Virus record (IMG/VR): IMGVR_UViG_3300028534_000019
Location: 31,091 to 95,090 of that record
Direction: 5' to 3' (one strand)
Length of the DNA: 64,000 bases
Source: a virus
Lineage: Duplodnaviria; Heunggongvirae; Uroviricota; Caudoviricetes
Under the pieces are notes generated by a model that ran no database searches, had not been told where the DNA came from, and saw only the letters and a list, made by a program, of their open reading frames with translations. Both the position numbers and the translations under genes were made by a program. Positions 18,640 to 28,940 of the stretch are shown in pieces. Position 1 is the stretch's first letter. Every line of letters begins with the position of its first letter.

Positions 18640-20490
18640 ATGGCAGTTATTGGTATAGATTTAGGAACGACAAATAGTGCTGTTTCAGTTTATGAAGTAG
18701 GGGAATTTAAAATTATTCCTAATGCTGAGGGTAAAAATACAACACCTAGTATTGTAGCATTTACAGATAAAGGGGATGTATTAGTAGGGGAATCAGCAAA
18801 AAGACAAGCAGTCACAAACCCTGAAAAAACTATTGAAGCAATTAAAAGAATTATGGGTATGCAATTTAATGAACCTAGATGTAAAGAGGCTCAAGAAAAA
18901 GTACAATATAAAATTGTAGATAAAAATGGTTTGGCCGCTGTTGATGTTGATGGTAAGATTTATACACCACAAGAAATTTCAGCTAAAATCCTTACAAAAC
19001 TAAAAGATGATGCAGAAGCATTTATTGGTAAAGAAGTTACAGATGCTGTAATTACAGTTCCAGCATACTTTAATGATGCTCAGAGAAAGGCGACACAAGA
19101 GGCAGGCGTTATTGCAGGGCTTAATGTACTAAGAATTATTAATGAACCTACTTCGGCCGCTCTTGCTTATGGTTTGGACAAAAAAGGTGAGGAAAATATT
19201 CTTGTTTATGATTTTGGTGGTGGTACTTTTGATGTATCTGTATTAGAAATTGGAGATGGTACTTTTGAAGTTCTTTCAACTGATGGTAATGCTTTCTTAG
19301 GTGGTAAAGACTTTGACCAAATTTTAGTTAATTATATTGCTGAATATTTTAAAGAGAAACAGGGTGTTGATTTAAGAAATGATAAAATGGCACTTCAAAG
19401 ATTATATGATGCTTCAGAAAATGCTAAAAAAGAGTTATCAAGTGTTGTAGAAACTGAAATTAACTTACCATTTATTACTATGACAGAAGCCGGCCCGCAG
19501 CATCTTGTTTTAAAAATTTCAAGAGGTAAATTTGAGGGGTTAGTACAAAATCTTGTAGATGAAACTATTGAACATATTACAACAGCATTACAAGACGCTG
19601 GTTTAAGTGTAGATGATATTAGTGAATTGATTATGGTTGGTGGCTCAACAAGAATACCTTTAGTACAAGAGGCAGTTTCAAAGTATTTTAAAGGTAAAAC
19701 TCTTAATAAATCTGTTAATCCTGATGAAGTTGTAGCCGCTGGTGCTTCAATTCAAGGTGGTGTATTAACAGGAGATGTAAAAGATGTTCTTCTTCTTGAT
19801 GTTACACCATTATCACTTGGTATTGAAACTATGGGTGGTATTGCTACTAAAATCATCCCAAAAGGTACAACTATTCCTGTTAAAAAATCAGAAATCTTTA
19901 GTACAGCAGTTGATAATCAACCAGCAGTTAGTATTGTAGTAGTACAAGGTGAAGCAAAATTAGCAGAAGATAATAAATCTTTAGGACAATTTAATCTTGA
20001 GGGTATAACACCAGCTAAAAAAGGTGTACCACAAATTGAAGTTAATTTTGATGTTGATTCTAATGGTGTTTTGAGTGTATCAGCTATTGATAAAGGAACA
20101 GGTAAAGAACAGAAAATAACAATTACAGGTTCGACAGGTTTAAGTGAAGAAGAAATTAGAAAGATGATTGATGATGCTGAAAAACAAAATCAAGAAAAGG
20201 CTGAAAAAATTAAAGCAATTGAAGCAAAAAATGAATTGGATGCTACTCTTTCAAGAATTAAAAACTTTAATGATGAAGAAAAAAATGAAGTGCTATCAGC
20301 TAAAATTTCTGATGTTGAAGAATATGTAAAAGAAGATAGAACAGCAGAAGAAATTAGAAAAATTAGAGATGAACTTGAAGAAGTTTATTTAAAAGCATTT
20401 GAAGAGAAATCAAAAAGAAATGAAGGTGCTGAGGTAAAAGAAAGCACTGAAAATAATGATGATGTTATTGATGCTGAAATTGAAGAATAA
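18640..20490 (+). CDS. dnaK: Hsp70 chaperone DnaK homolog (full NBD + SBD + lid)
   Basis: [26 protein letters not shown] and the substrate-binding domain are all canonical. Confidence 0.95.
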   Translation: MAVIGIDLGTTNSAVSVYEVGEFKIIPNAEGKNTTPSIVAFTDKGDVLVGESAKRQAVTNPEKTIEAIKRIMGMQFNEPRCKEAQEKVQYKIVDKNGLAAVDVDGKIYTPQEISAKILTKLKDDAEAFIGKEVTDAVITVPAYFNDAQRKATQEAGVIAGLNVLRIINEPTSAALAYGLDKKGEENILVYDFGGGTFDVSVLEIGDGTFEVLSTDGNAFLGGKDFDQILVNYIAEYFKEKQGVDLRNDKMALQRLYDASENAKKELSSVVETEINLPFITMTEAGPQHLVLKISRGKFEGLVQNLVDETIEHITTALQDAGLSVDDISELIMVGGSTRIPLVQEAVSKYFKGKTLNKSVNPDEVVAAGASIQGGVLTGDVKDVLLLDVTPLSLGIETMGGIATKIIPKGTTIPVKKSEIFSTAVDNQPAVSIVVVQGEAKLAEDNKSLGQFNLEGITPAKKGVPQIEVNFDVDSNGVLSVSAIDKGTGKEQKITITGSTGLSEEEIRKMIDDAEKQNQEKAEKIKAIEAKNELDATLSRIKNFNDEEKNEVLSAKISDVEEYVKEDRTAEEIRKIRDELEEVYLKAFEEKSKRNEGAEVKESTENNDDVIDAEIEE

Positions 20491-20501
20491 AAGAGGAAAA
20501 A

Positions 20502-21305
20502 TTGAAAAAATTATATAAAATTCTTGAAATTGAAGAAACTTCTACAACAGTAGAAATAAAAAAAGCATATAGAAAATTAGCTAAAAAATACCACCCTGAT
20601 GTTTGTAAAGAAGAGGGTGGTGAAGATAAGTTTAAAGAAATTAATAGAGCATATGAAGTTCTAAGCAATCCACAAGAAAAACAAAAGTATGATAGATTTG
20701 GTGATGAAATGTATGAAAAAATGGGGTCAGGTGGTGGAAGACCTAATCCAAATGCTGATGAGTTTGCAGAAGCAATGGCATCATTTTTCAACCAAAAGGG
20801 AAATCCCCGACAAGGTAATCCTTTTGGTATGGGTGGTAATCCTTTTATTCATACAACAATTCAAGCATATATTTCGATAGAAGATTTATTTAAAGGTACT
20901 TCTATACAATTACAAGATGGTACTAAAGTAAAAATACCACCTAGAACAATACCGGGTAGTAGGGTAAGAGTTAAAGGCAAAGGTATGTCAGATGGTAAAA
21001 ATACAGGAGATTTATTTATTATCATAACACCAAAAAATAATGATAAAGAATTTGTTGAGAATGATACTATTATAAAGATTATCAAAATTGATTTAGTTAG
21101 TATGATTTTTGGAAATGAAATAAAATATAATCATTATGGTAAAGATTTAATTGTTACTGTTCCAAAAAATACAAAGCCCGGTGACTTTGTACAAATTCCC
21201 AATCAGGGCTTAGGTACTCAGGGTTCATTAATTTTACATTTAGATTTAGAATTACCAAAAGCAGAAGATTTAGATGAAGAAAAAGTAAAAGAATTATTTA
21301 ATTAA
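20502..21305 (+). CDS. DnaJ-like J-domain co-chaperone (type II, no Zn finger), TTG start
   Basis: J-domain YKILEI...AYRKLAKKYHPDV...YEVLSNPQEKQKYD. Gly-rich linker and a DnaJ C-terminal domain. AAGAGGAAAAA RBS before the TTG. Confidence 0.85.
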   Translation: MKKLYKILEIEETSTTVEIKKAYRKLAKKYHPDVCKEEGGEDKFKEINRAYEVLSNPQEKQKYDRFGDEMYEKMGSGGGRPNPNADEFAEAMASFFNQKGNPRQGNPFGMGGNPFIHTTIQAYISIEDLFKGTSIQLQDGTKVKIPPRTIPGSRVRVKGKGMSDGKNTGDLFIIITPKNNDKEFVENDTIIKIIKIDLVSMIFGNEIKYNHYGKDLIVTVPKNTKPGDFVQIPNQGLGTQGSLILHLDLELPKAEDLDEEKVKELFN

Positions 21306-21364
21306 TATACAATTAAGGTTTCTTTTGCTATAATTTCATCATATATAAACTAAAAGGATTCAAA

Positions 21365-21769
21365 ATGGCAAAAGAAAAAAGTTATGGGGTTGCTCCTTAT
21401 TTAATTATAAATGGGCAATATTATATATTGTTAAATAAAACATCAGAACATAGTAGATACAATTTCTTCAAAGGTAAAATTGAAGAGGGTGAAACTATTG
21501 CTCAATGTGCCAAAAGAGAATTTTGGGAAGAAACAGGTGTAGAAGTTGATGAGAGAGATTTTGAAGAATATTTTTTCCAAAAGTCTTCTAAAAAAGATGT
21601 TGGTATTTTTTTAATTAATTGGTCTAAATATATTAATAAAAAATTTCAATTTCAAAAAAGAGAAATTTGGGCTTCTTATTGGGTAGAGGTTGATGATGTT
21701 CAAACATCCAAAAACCAAAAAGAAATTGTTGATTCTATTGAATCTTTTTTTAAAAATAAATCTGAGTAA
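21365..21769 (+). CDS. Nudix hydrolase
   Basis: Nudix box GKIEEGETIAQCAKREFWEETGV (GX5EX7REUXEEXGU). Confidence 0.8.
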   Translation: MAKEKSYGVAPYLIINGQYYILLNKTSEHSRYNFFKGKIEEGETIAQCAKREFWEETGVEVDERDFEEYFFQKSSKKDVGIFLINWSKYINKKFQFQKREIWASYWVEVDDVQTSKNQKEIVDSIESFFKNKSE

Positions 21770-21785
21770 AAAGTAAAGGTAAAAA

Positions 21786-22823
21786 ATGTCTAAAGAAATT
21801 GATGGATATGTAGTAAAACAAGAAACAGTTCAAGGTGTAATGAGTATTGAAGATATTGAAAAGAATTTCAATTCTTTTGTTAAAGAGATAGATTCAAATA
21901 TGGATAAAATGTCCACTGTAATACAAAATGATGAGTTAAATCAAATTAGTGATGAAATTCTTAAAGCAAAAGAATATATTGAAACATTTTCAAGAGGTGA
22001 AACAAAAAGTTTTAAAGAAAAAACACTAAGCCATTTAGGTAATGTACCGATGATTGGGGATTGGGCTAAGGGTAAGTATGAAGAAGTCAGAAGAACAAAT
22101 TTTGAAAATAGTTCTGTTAAAGAAATTATTGAGGGTATTTTTAATACTTTTGAAGAAAAGAAGAAAAGACTTATTGTTTTGAGTGAAAATATTGATTTAC
22201 TTAGAAGTAATTTACAAGTACAAGAGGCAAAACTTGAAGAGTATATTGTTCAACTTGATTATATTATTGATAATACAACTAGCTCAGGTGAAAAACTTAA
22301 AGCAATTGATATGAGTATTGTTGCTCAATCTCAAAGACAAGTGGTTAAAGAAATGTTATATAATCAAATTGATTTTATTCTTAACCTTATGGAAACTTTA
22401 ATGGTTAAAATTGTAAAAACTTTACCTGTTCTTAAAAATACATTAAATAGTTCTGTAAACATAGCGGCAACTATTAATAGTATGAAAGATACTGTTGAAA
22501 TGATGAACTCTTTAGAAGAATTGACAAATAAAGTTACACAAGAATCAACAAATAATATTCAAAGTCTTATTATTGATGTTATGGATAACTTCTCAGAAAA
22601 AATTGATGAAGAATTTTATGAAAAAGCCGCTGATAGAAATATACAGTTTACTAAAGATTTGATTGATTCAAGAAAAAAATATATTGAAAAATCTGTTAAA
22701 GGTTATAAAAATCTTAAAAGTATTGAGGTAAAAATGCAACAAGCACTTCTTGAAAGAGCAAATGCTGAAGAAGAAACATTACAAATTATGCAGTCAAGTA
22801 CAATTTCATCAGAGGCTGTGTAA
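21786..22823 (+). CDS. coiled-coil protein (possibly TelA-like; weak)
   Basis: 345 aa and long alpha-helical. The resemblance to toxic-anion-resistance TelA is an impression only. Confidence 0.35.
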   Translation: MSKEIDGYVVKQETVQGVMSIEDIEKNFNSFVKEIDSNMDKMSTVIQNDELNQISDEILKAKEYIETFSRGETKSFKEKTLSHLGNVPMIGDWAKGKYEEVRRTNFENSSVKEIIEGIFNTFEEKKKRLIVLSENIDLLRSNLQVQEAKLEEYIVQLDYIIDNTTSSGEKLKAIDMSIVAQSQRQVVKEMLYNQIDFILNLMETLMVKIVKTLPVLKNTLNSSVNIAATINSMKDTVEMMNSLEELTNKVTQESTNNIQSLIIDVMDNFSEKIDEEFYEKAADRNIQFTKDLIDSRKKYIEKSVKGYKNLKSIEVKMQQALLERANAEEETLQIMQSSTISSEAV

Positions 22824-23236
22824 TGGAAAATTCTGAATTTTATATTGAGATAAATAACACTATTTTATTTTGTCCTGATATTTTGACGGCTGAAAGAAAA
22901 TATGATGAGGTTTTATTGACTTGTAACAATGGTACTGAAATAATTTTATCAGATGCTAAATATCTTGATGAGATACTAGATAAAAAAGCAAACTTTCATA
23001 AATTACAAAATATTGTGAATGTAGATAAAACAATTTTAGATATTGAGGAAAAAGTTAAACAAAAAAGTTTAGCAAATATTCAGGAAATTGAAGATAAATT
23101 TAAAAGTTCTTTAGCTCAAACAGAATCAAAAATTGATAGTATTAGACAAACTATAAGCACTATTGACCCATCAAGAGCAGTGAGTTTGGTTGATGATATG
23201 GAAACACTTTTATCAAAATTTAAGGCTTTAATCTAA
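22823..23236 (+). CDS. hypothetical protein
   Basis: 137-aa ORF, start overlapping the previous stop. Confidence 0.45.
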   Translation: MENSEFYIEINNTILFCPDILTAERKYDEVLLTCNNGTEIILSDAKYLDEILDKKANFHKLQNIVNVDKTILDIEEKVKQKSLANIQEIEDKFKSSLAQTESKIDSIRQTISTIDPSRAVSLVDDMETLLSKFKALI

Positions 23237-23245
23237 AGGAATAAT

Positions 23246-24100
23246 ATGTTCAAAAAAGATAAAAATACCTCAACTATTTTAAAAGTTATTAAAGAGTATG
23301 ATAATATTCAGAAATTGTTTAATATAGAGTTGGATAAAGCAACATCAGAACAATTTGTGGATGAACTTAAAAAACAACTTAAATTAAATTTAGAAACTCT
23401 ATCTATCTTAACTGAAAAAACAGAGGTGTTTTCAGATACAAAAACATTTACAGGTTTTGGTTTTAGGTTGCCATATGAAGAACAAAAAATAGAGTATCTA
23501 AAATATGATAATATTTCAAGTGATGAAGAAAGTGCTTATAATATAATTGAGCATAATAAATTTATAACTTTATATAAACATAAAAAAGAATATAAAAAAA
23601 TCTTTACAAAAGAAAGTATATATTTTGAAAGTGTTTTATTAGAAATTAATAAAATATATGGTAGTATAAAAAGTGATTATTCACATAATACAGAATTAAG
23701 AGATGCTTTATTTATTATTAAAGAGTTTTCAAGAACAACACAAAAAGGTGTAGTTTATTATATTTCTTTAAGATATATAGAAAAATTTTTGATAGAAGTA
23801 TTTCCAACATTTTCAAATGTAATAAAAAAAGAATTTAAAGACTATAAAGAAAATACAAAAAATGATTTTGGGTATTGGAAAATAGAAAATTTATATAATA
23901 TTTTATTAGGATTTGAGTCTTTAATTTCATATTCAAAACAAAAAGATGAGTTTACCTTTAGACCAAGAATTAGTGTATCTATAATTTTAAAAAATGAAGA
24001 TGGTTATGTAACTAAGAAAATATTAAAAGAACTAATGAAAGAAACAAGGTATTTAGATTTTAAAATTTATCAGAAAAATAAAAAGGATAGTAATGAATAG
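23246..24100 (+). CDS. hypothetical protein
   Basis: 284-aa ORF. Confidence 0.45.
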   Translation: MFKKDKNTSTILKVIKEYDNIQKLFNIELDKATSEQFVDELKKQLKLNLETLSILTEKTEVFSDTKTFTGFGFRLPYEEQKIEYLKYDNISSDEESAYNIIEHNKFITLYKHKKEYKKIFTKESIYFESVLLEINKIYGSIKSDYSHNTELRDALFIIKEFSRTTQKGVVYYISLRYIEKFLIEVFPTFSNVIKKEFKDYKENTKNDFGYWKIENLYNILLGFESLISYSKQKDEFTFRPRISVSIILKNEDGYVTKKILKELMKETRYLDFKIYQKNKKDSNE

Positions 24101-24380
24101 ATATTCAAAAGATGAAACAATAAAAACATTCTTAACACAAAATAAAGCAACTATAATTTATGATGGTATGTATAAACTTGTTTTTGATGATGGTGGTGTT
24201 ATGATAACAACTAAAACTTCTGATGAGATGTTTTCATTCTTAATTGGTTATAAGTATGCTAGTATGAATTATGAAAAGATTTTAGAGAGAATTAATACTG
24301 AACACAATAATATGGTAAAACAGTATGATGAACAAATGAACATTATGTCATCTATGGTTGAAGATAAAGAAGAAAATTAA
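24093..24380 (+). CDS. hypothetical protein
   Basis: 95-aa ORF overlapping the previous stop. Confidence 0.4.
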   Translation: MNRYSKDETIKTFLTQNKATIIYDGMYKLVFDDGGVMITTKTSDEMFSFLIGYKYASMNYEKILERINTEHNNMVKQYDEQMNIMSSMVEDKEEN

Positions 24381-24447
24381 TTTTAATTTTTAATTTTCTT
24401 TTAATATTAAAATGCTATAATTACATAATTAAAAAAGAAGGATATTT

Positions 24448-25548
24448 ATGTTAGTTCAAAATAAAAAAGTTCCAAAAGAAACATTAGAGTTATTGGACTC
24501 TAAAATAGAAGAATTTGAAAAAAATACAAATTCAACTGTTTTATATATTACAATTACAGGTTCTGTTCTTTATGGTACTGATAATGAAAATAGTGATTTA
24601 GATTTTAAAGGTATTTTTATGCCTAATCTAAAAGAAGTGCTTATTGGTAATACACCTAGTGCTTTTGTTTTTAATTCAAATACAAAAGATAAAAACTCTT
24701 CTGATGATATTGATTTAACATTACACCCTGTAAATGACTTCTTTAATCATCTTAGAAAATCTGAAACAGGTGCTGTTGATTTACTTTTTAGTATGTTTAG
24801 AGAAGATACTATTGTTTTTGATGATGGTATTTTCACGAACTTTATGAAGAAAAATTATCAAAAGTTTAGAAATTCTAATATGAAAAGTTTTATCGGTTAT
24901 GCTGTTGGTCAAACTAAAAAATTTGGGATTAAAGGTGCTAGATATGAAGAGTTAGATGTTTTTTATAAAGATTGTGTTAATTATTTTAATCTTGCTCCAA
25001 AAGAAAATAAATTAGGTGAATATTGGGATTTTCTTGAACTAAAAGCCCAAGGTAAAAAATATATTAAGTTTACAAAAGCAGAAGGTGCTAGAAGAAATGA
25101 TGGTAGTAGTAATATCATTGATTATATTTCTGTTCTTGGTAAACTATATCATAAAGATGTAACAGTAGGTTATTTTTTAGAAAGAGTTTCTAAATTTTAT
25201 AATCAATTTGGTAATAGAACTAAAACAGTAGCTAAAACTGAATCAAAAACAGATTGGAAAGCAATGAGCCACGCCCTTAGAGTAGCTATGGAAGTTAAAG
25301 AGTTACTTCAATTTGGTTTTATTAAATTTCCATTGACTTATGCTGATGAGATTAAAGAAGTTAAATTTGGTAACAGAGAAGAACAAGAAACATTAGATAA
25401 AATTAGAGATGTATTGGGTGAAGTTGATACAATATTAGAAAATATTGATAAAGATAACTTTCCTTGTGAAATGAGTGAAGAATTACTTAAAAAATTAAAA
25501 TGGGAAGTAATTCTTCTATATAAAGAGTTTTTAGATTTAGGTTTTTAA
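24448..25548 (+). CDS. nucleotidyltransferase-fold protein (Pol-beta / CD-NTase-like GS...D.D motif)
   Basis: ITGSVLYGTDNENSDLDFKGIF is the [GS]x9-13 Dh[DE]h signature. A third acidic DIDLT lies downstream. 366 aa. Confidence 0.55.
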   Translation: MLVQNKKVPKETLELLDSKIEEFEKNTNSTVLYITITGSVLYGTDNENSDLDFKGIFMPNLKEVLIGNTPSAFVFNSNTKDKNSSDDIDLTLHPVNDFFNHLRKSETGAVDLLFSMFREDTIVFDDGIFTNFMKKNYQKFRNSNMKSFIGYAVGQTKKFGIKGARYEELDVFYKDCVNYFNLAPKENKLGEYWDFLELKAQGKKYIKFTKAEGARRNDGSSNIIDYISVLGKLYHKDVTVGYFLERVSKFYNQFGNRTKTVAKTESKTDWKAMSHALRVAMEVKELLQFGFIKFPLTYADEIKEVKFGNREEQETLDKIRDVLGEVDTILENIDKDNFPCEMSEELLKKLKWEVILLYKEFLDLGF

Positions 25549-25549
25549 A

Positions 25550-26602
25550 ATGGATTTTGATTTTGATGAAATTGTTGCTACAAGAACTTATGTTGATTGT
25601 TATTGTAATGATAATATAAGTTCAGATGATATTAAAGGTATATTAAATCCTAATTTTATTAATAAAACATTAAATGAAATAGATAATTTTTTATATGGTG
25701 GTTTTAATTATTTTAGTAAAAGAGTTCCATTCACTTTAGCTGGTGGTTCTCTTCTTAGTTATTGTTCTTATTATATAGCTACAAAAAATGATTATGGTAA
25801 TCCAAAAAGTTATTTAGATTGGTTGGAATATTCAGGTAATTCTGATATTGATTTATTTTTTGAATGTGAGGAAGATTATATAAAAATGCTTGAAGCAGTA
25901 CAAAAAAATGGTTTTAGTAATTTATCACCTAAACCAAATGCTAAAAGTTTTTATAAAAAAAGAGGAAAAAATAAAAATACAATTTCAATAGATTTAGTAC
26001 ATAAAGATTATTCAGCACCACAAAAACTTATAGATAGATTTGATTTGAATAAGAGTAAAATTGCTATAAGTTCTTATGGCAATCTTTATATAGGTAATGA
26101 TTTTGATAATTATCTTTGTTTAAATCCATTAAATATAAATTATAATACTATATCAAGATTTAAAAAATATTCTATAACAAAACATATACAACCTTCATAT
26201 AAAACTTTACAAGAACTTGTACATATTTTCATTGATAAACAAGATGAAGTATATGAAAGTTTTTATAATGATGAAAAAAGAGATATACCTATGTATGGTG
26301 GGCTTGAAAATCTGATTACAATTATTGTAGATTGTAAAAAGTTATATAACATAGATTTAAAACTTAGTCGTGATGAGGTATTTAACTTATATTTAATATT
26401 GGAGAAACATTTTTCTGAAAAAGATAGATTAATTTCTTTTTTTACAAAAATAATTAATGAAGATAGTATTGATTATATACCTAAAATATATGAATTATTA
26501 TTACAACGACAAGATAGATTTTATGGAAAACAATTTGAAGATAATATGGATGAATCTATTAGAGATAAAGTTTTAGAAACATACCCTGAAATAATGTTTT
26601 AA
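25550..26602 (+). CDS. second nucleotidyltransferase-fold protein, ending ...VLETYPEIMF
   Basis: LAGGSLLSYC...SGNSDIDLFFECEE NTase signature. 350 aa. Start 2 nt after the previous stop. Confidence 0.5.
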   Translation: MDFDFDEIVATRTYVDCYCNDNISSDDIKGILNPNFINKTLNEIDNFLYGGFNYFSKRVPFTLAGGSLLSYCSYYIATKNDYGNPKSYLDWLEYSGNSDIDLFFECEEDYIKMLEAVQKNGFSNLSPKPNAKSFYKKRGKNKNTISIDLVHKDYSAPQKLIDRFDLNKSKIAISSYGNLYIGNDFDNYLCLNPLNINYNTISRFKKYSITKHIQPSYKTLQELVHIFIDKQDEVYESFYNDEKRDIPMYGGLENLITIIVDCKKLYNIDLKLSRDEVFNLYLILEKHFSEKDRLISFFTKIINEDSIDYIPKIYELLLQRQDRFYGKQFEDNMDESIRDKVLETYPEIMF

Positions 26603-26664
26603 CACATAAAAATTAAGTAATATTACTATATAATATGACTTATTAAATATAATAAAGGAAAAAA

Positions 26665-27576
26665 ATGGAAGAACAAATAGCGATTGATTTAGGCTATTCA
26701 ACATCAAAAGTTGCTTATGCTGATAAAATAGCAAAATTCCCAACTGCTGTTTCTTTTGCTACTGATGTAGGTACATCATATGGTGAAGGGAATATTTATG
26801 ACTTTGAGGGAGATAAGTATTATGTGGGTAGTGAAGCCGCTGATGCTGAGGCTTTTACAACTATGGATTTTAAATTTTTATATAAATTTGCTCCTCTTCT
26901 TATCTATCATATTTTAAGTAAATTTGATAAAGCAGAACTTGAAAAACCTATTGTTGTAAAAACAGGATTGGCAATTGTTGATTGGCATAAAAAAGATGAT
27001 TTTATTGAAAGAATTTCAAAAATTGAAGTGAATGGGCAAACTGTTGAAACAACACCCATTCTTATTCCTCAAGGTGCTGGATGTGCTGTTGATTGGGTTT
27101 CATCAGATAATGATGGAGAATGGCCGGACAATCTTACAGTAGTTGATATTGGTTATAATACTATTAACCTTATATCATTTTTAGAGGGTAAACCAATTAG
27201 AAAAAATATGAAAAGTTACCCAGGACACGGTGTTTCTAGTATAATTAAACCTTTTACTAGTTATCTTGAAAATACTTTTGGTACAACATTTTCAGAACAA
27301 GAAGCAATTAAATTTTTTGTTAAAGGTACTTTTAAATATAATGGTGAAGACCAACCTAAAGTATCAGAAAAAATTACAGAATTAAAATCACAATTTGTTA
27401 AAAAAATGTTTCAATCTGTTTTAGTTTCTGATAAAAAACTTCTTGCTATGTCAGATGTAGTGCTTATTGCTGGTGGTGGTGCTTATTTACTTCAAGATAT
27501 TCCATTCCCGCCAAATGTTGAGTTTGTTGATTCTCCTTATGAGTTCAGTAATACTCGTGGTTATTTAATTTCATAA
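26665..27576 (+). CDS. actin-like ATPase of the ParM/StbA/Alp family
   Basis: Phosphate-1 IAIDLGYSTSKVA, phosphate-2 VVDIGYNTINL, adenosine motif LIAGGGA. 303 aa. Confidence 0.75.
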   Translation: MEEQIAIDLGYSTSKVAYADKIAKFPTAVSFATDVGTSYGEGNIYDFEGDKYYVGSEAADAEAFTTMDFKFLYKFAPLLIYHILSKFDKAELEKPIVVKTGLAIVDWHKKDDFIERISKIEVNGQTVETTPILIPQGAGCAVDWVSSDNDGEWPDNLTVVDIGYNTINLISFLEGKPIRKNMKSYPGHGVSSIIKPFTSYLENTFGTTFSEQEAIKFFVKGTFKYNGEDQPKVSEKITELKSQFVKKMFQSVLVSDKKLLAMSDVVLIAGGGAYLLQDIPFPPNVEFVDSPYEFSNTRGYLIS

Positions 27577-27589
27577 AAAAGGATAAAAA

Positions 27590-27931
27590 TTGTTAAAATT
27601 ATGGTATAGAATTAAGTGTTTTTTTGGACACTGTTTAGAACTTGATATTATTAAAAGTAAGGAAGAAATTAGAAAAAGAGATTATGATGTTTCTAAAGCA
27701 CCTTATAAAGTTGAAGGTGTGGCTGAGGAATTTCCACAAGAATTTAAAGATATTCTTGAAAAGAAAGAAGATAAAGAAAATGAGTCTGAAAAAACAGAAA
27801 AACTTAAAAGGGCTTGGTTCAATAATGGAGTTGAACAAAGATTAGTTCAAATTCAACCTATTGATGAAAGTTTAAGTTTACCTGATGGATGGGTAAAAGG
27901 TAAATTAAAAAAAGGTATGAATAATGAGTAA
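27590..27931 (+). CDS. hypothetical K/E-rich protein
   Basis: 113-aa ORF. Confidence 0.4.
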   Translation: MLKLWYRIKCFFGHCLELDIIKSKEEIRKRDYDVSKAPYKVEGVAEEFPQEFKDILEKKEDKENESEKTEKLKRAWFNNGVEQRLVQIQPIDESLSLPDGWVKGKLKKGMNNE

Positions 27932-28136
27932 AAATAGATATGGTGTCAGAGACGCTTATAAAAATTTAGCAAACATCACAAAAACAATTAATACTCTTAG
28001 TGGTGAAGCCCTTGAAGAGGCAGAAAGAAAAATTTATCTTTATAGAGATTTTATTGATTATTCAAGAGATTTATACAATAATGGTTTGATAAATCAGAAA
28101 GAATTAAAAGGTTTAGGTAAGGTAGATAATGGATAA
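27924..28136 (+). CDS. hypothetical small protein
   Basis: 70-aa ORF. Confidence 0.35.
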   Translation: MSKNRYGVRDAYKNLANITKTINTLSGEALEEAERKIYLYRDFIDYSRDLYNNGLINQKELKGLGKVDNG

Positions 28137-28428
28137 TGTAAAACCAACAAGTGTATCTATTAATTTAGATGAACACTCAGTAAAAACAATTAAAAAAGTA
28201 AATAGCATACATAGAGATTCTTTAATCAATATTGGTATTGCTATGGTGGCAAAAACACCTTATTATAAAACATTATTAGGTGTAGAACAAGAAGATTTAG
28301 ATGAAGTAGCATCATTAGATATGTTAGATGAAGAAAATGAAACTACAACATCAAAAAAATCTAAAAAGAAAGAAGAAACTAAAACAGAAGTAAAAGCAAA
28401 ACCTACATCTTCTTGGGATAGTTTCTAA
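28129..28428 (+). CDS. hypothetical protein
   Basis: 99-aa ORF. Confidence 0.4.
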   Translation: MDNVKPTSVSINLDEHSVKTIKKVNSIHRDSLINIGIAMVAKTPYYKTLLGVEQEDLDEVASLDMLDEENETTTSKKSKKKEETKTEVKAKPTSSWDSF

Positions 28429-28442
28429 TAAAAGGAACAATT

Positions 28443-28889
28443 ATGATTTTAGATAAAATCACAAAAGAACAATTATTAGCAAGAAAGAATAGAGATACCT
28501 TTAAAACAGGTATCTTAACTACATTAATGTCAGAAGTATCTATTATAGGTAAGAATAAAGGTAATAGAAAAACAACTGATGAAGAAGCAATTGCTGTTAT
28601 AAAGAAATTTATTTCAAATGCTGAAAATAACATTGAATCTCTTCAAGGTTCTCATAATTGGGAAAATTGTACTGAAAGTATTCAAGAATTTCAAGATGAA
28701 ATAGAATTACTTCAAGGTTTTTTACCAAAACAAATGACCGAAGATGAGTTAAAAGTATCTATTGAAGTTATGGTTTCAAAAGGTGCTAACAATATTGGTG
28801 CTATTATGGGTACTCTTAAAAAAGAATATGGTGGATTATATGATGGCAAGATGGCTAGTAAACTAGCTAAAGAAGTTTTATCAAAATAA
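28443..28889 (+). CDS. GatB/YqeY-domain protein
   Basis: 148 aa. The C-terminal KGANNIGAIMGTLKKEYGGLYDGKMASKLAKEVL matches the YqeY/GatB C-terminal helical domain pattern. Confidence 0.6.
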   Translation: MILDKITKEQLLARKNRDTFKTGILTTLMSEVSIIGKNKGNRKTTDEEAIAVIKKFISNAENNIESLQGSHNWENCTESIQEFQDEIELLQGFLPKQMTEDELKVSIEVMVSKGANNIGAIMGTLKKEYGGLYDGKMASKLAKEVLSK

Positions 28890-28940
28890 TTAACATATTT
28901 TATGTTATAATTCTAACATAAAAATAAAAAAAGGATATTA

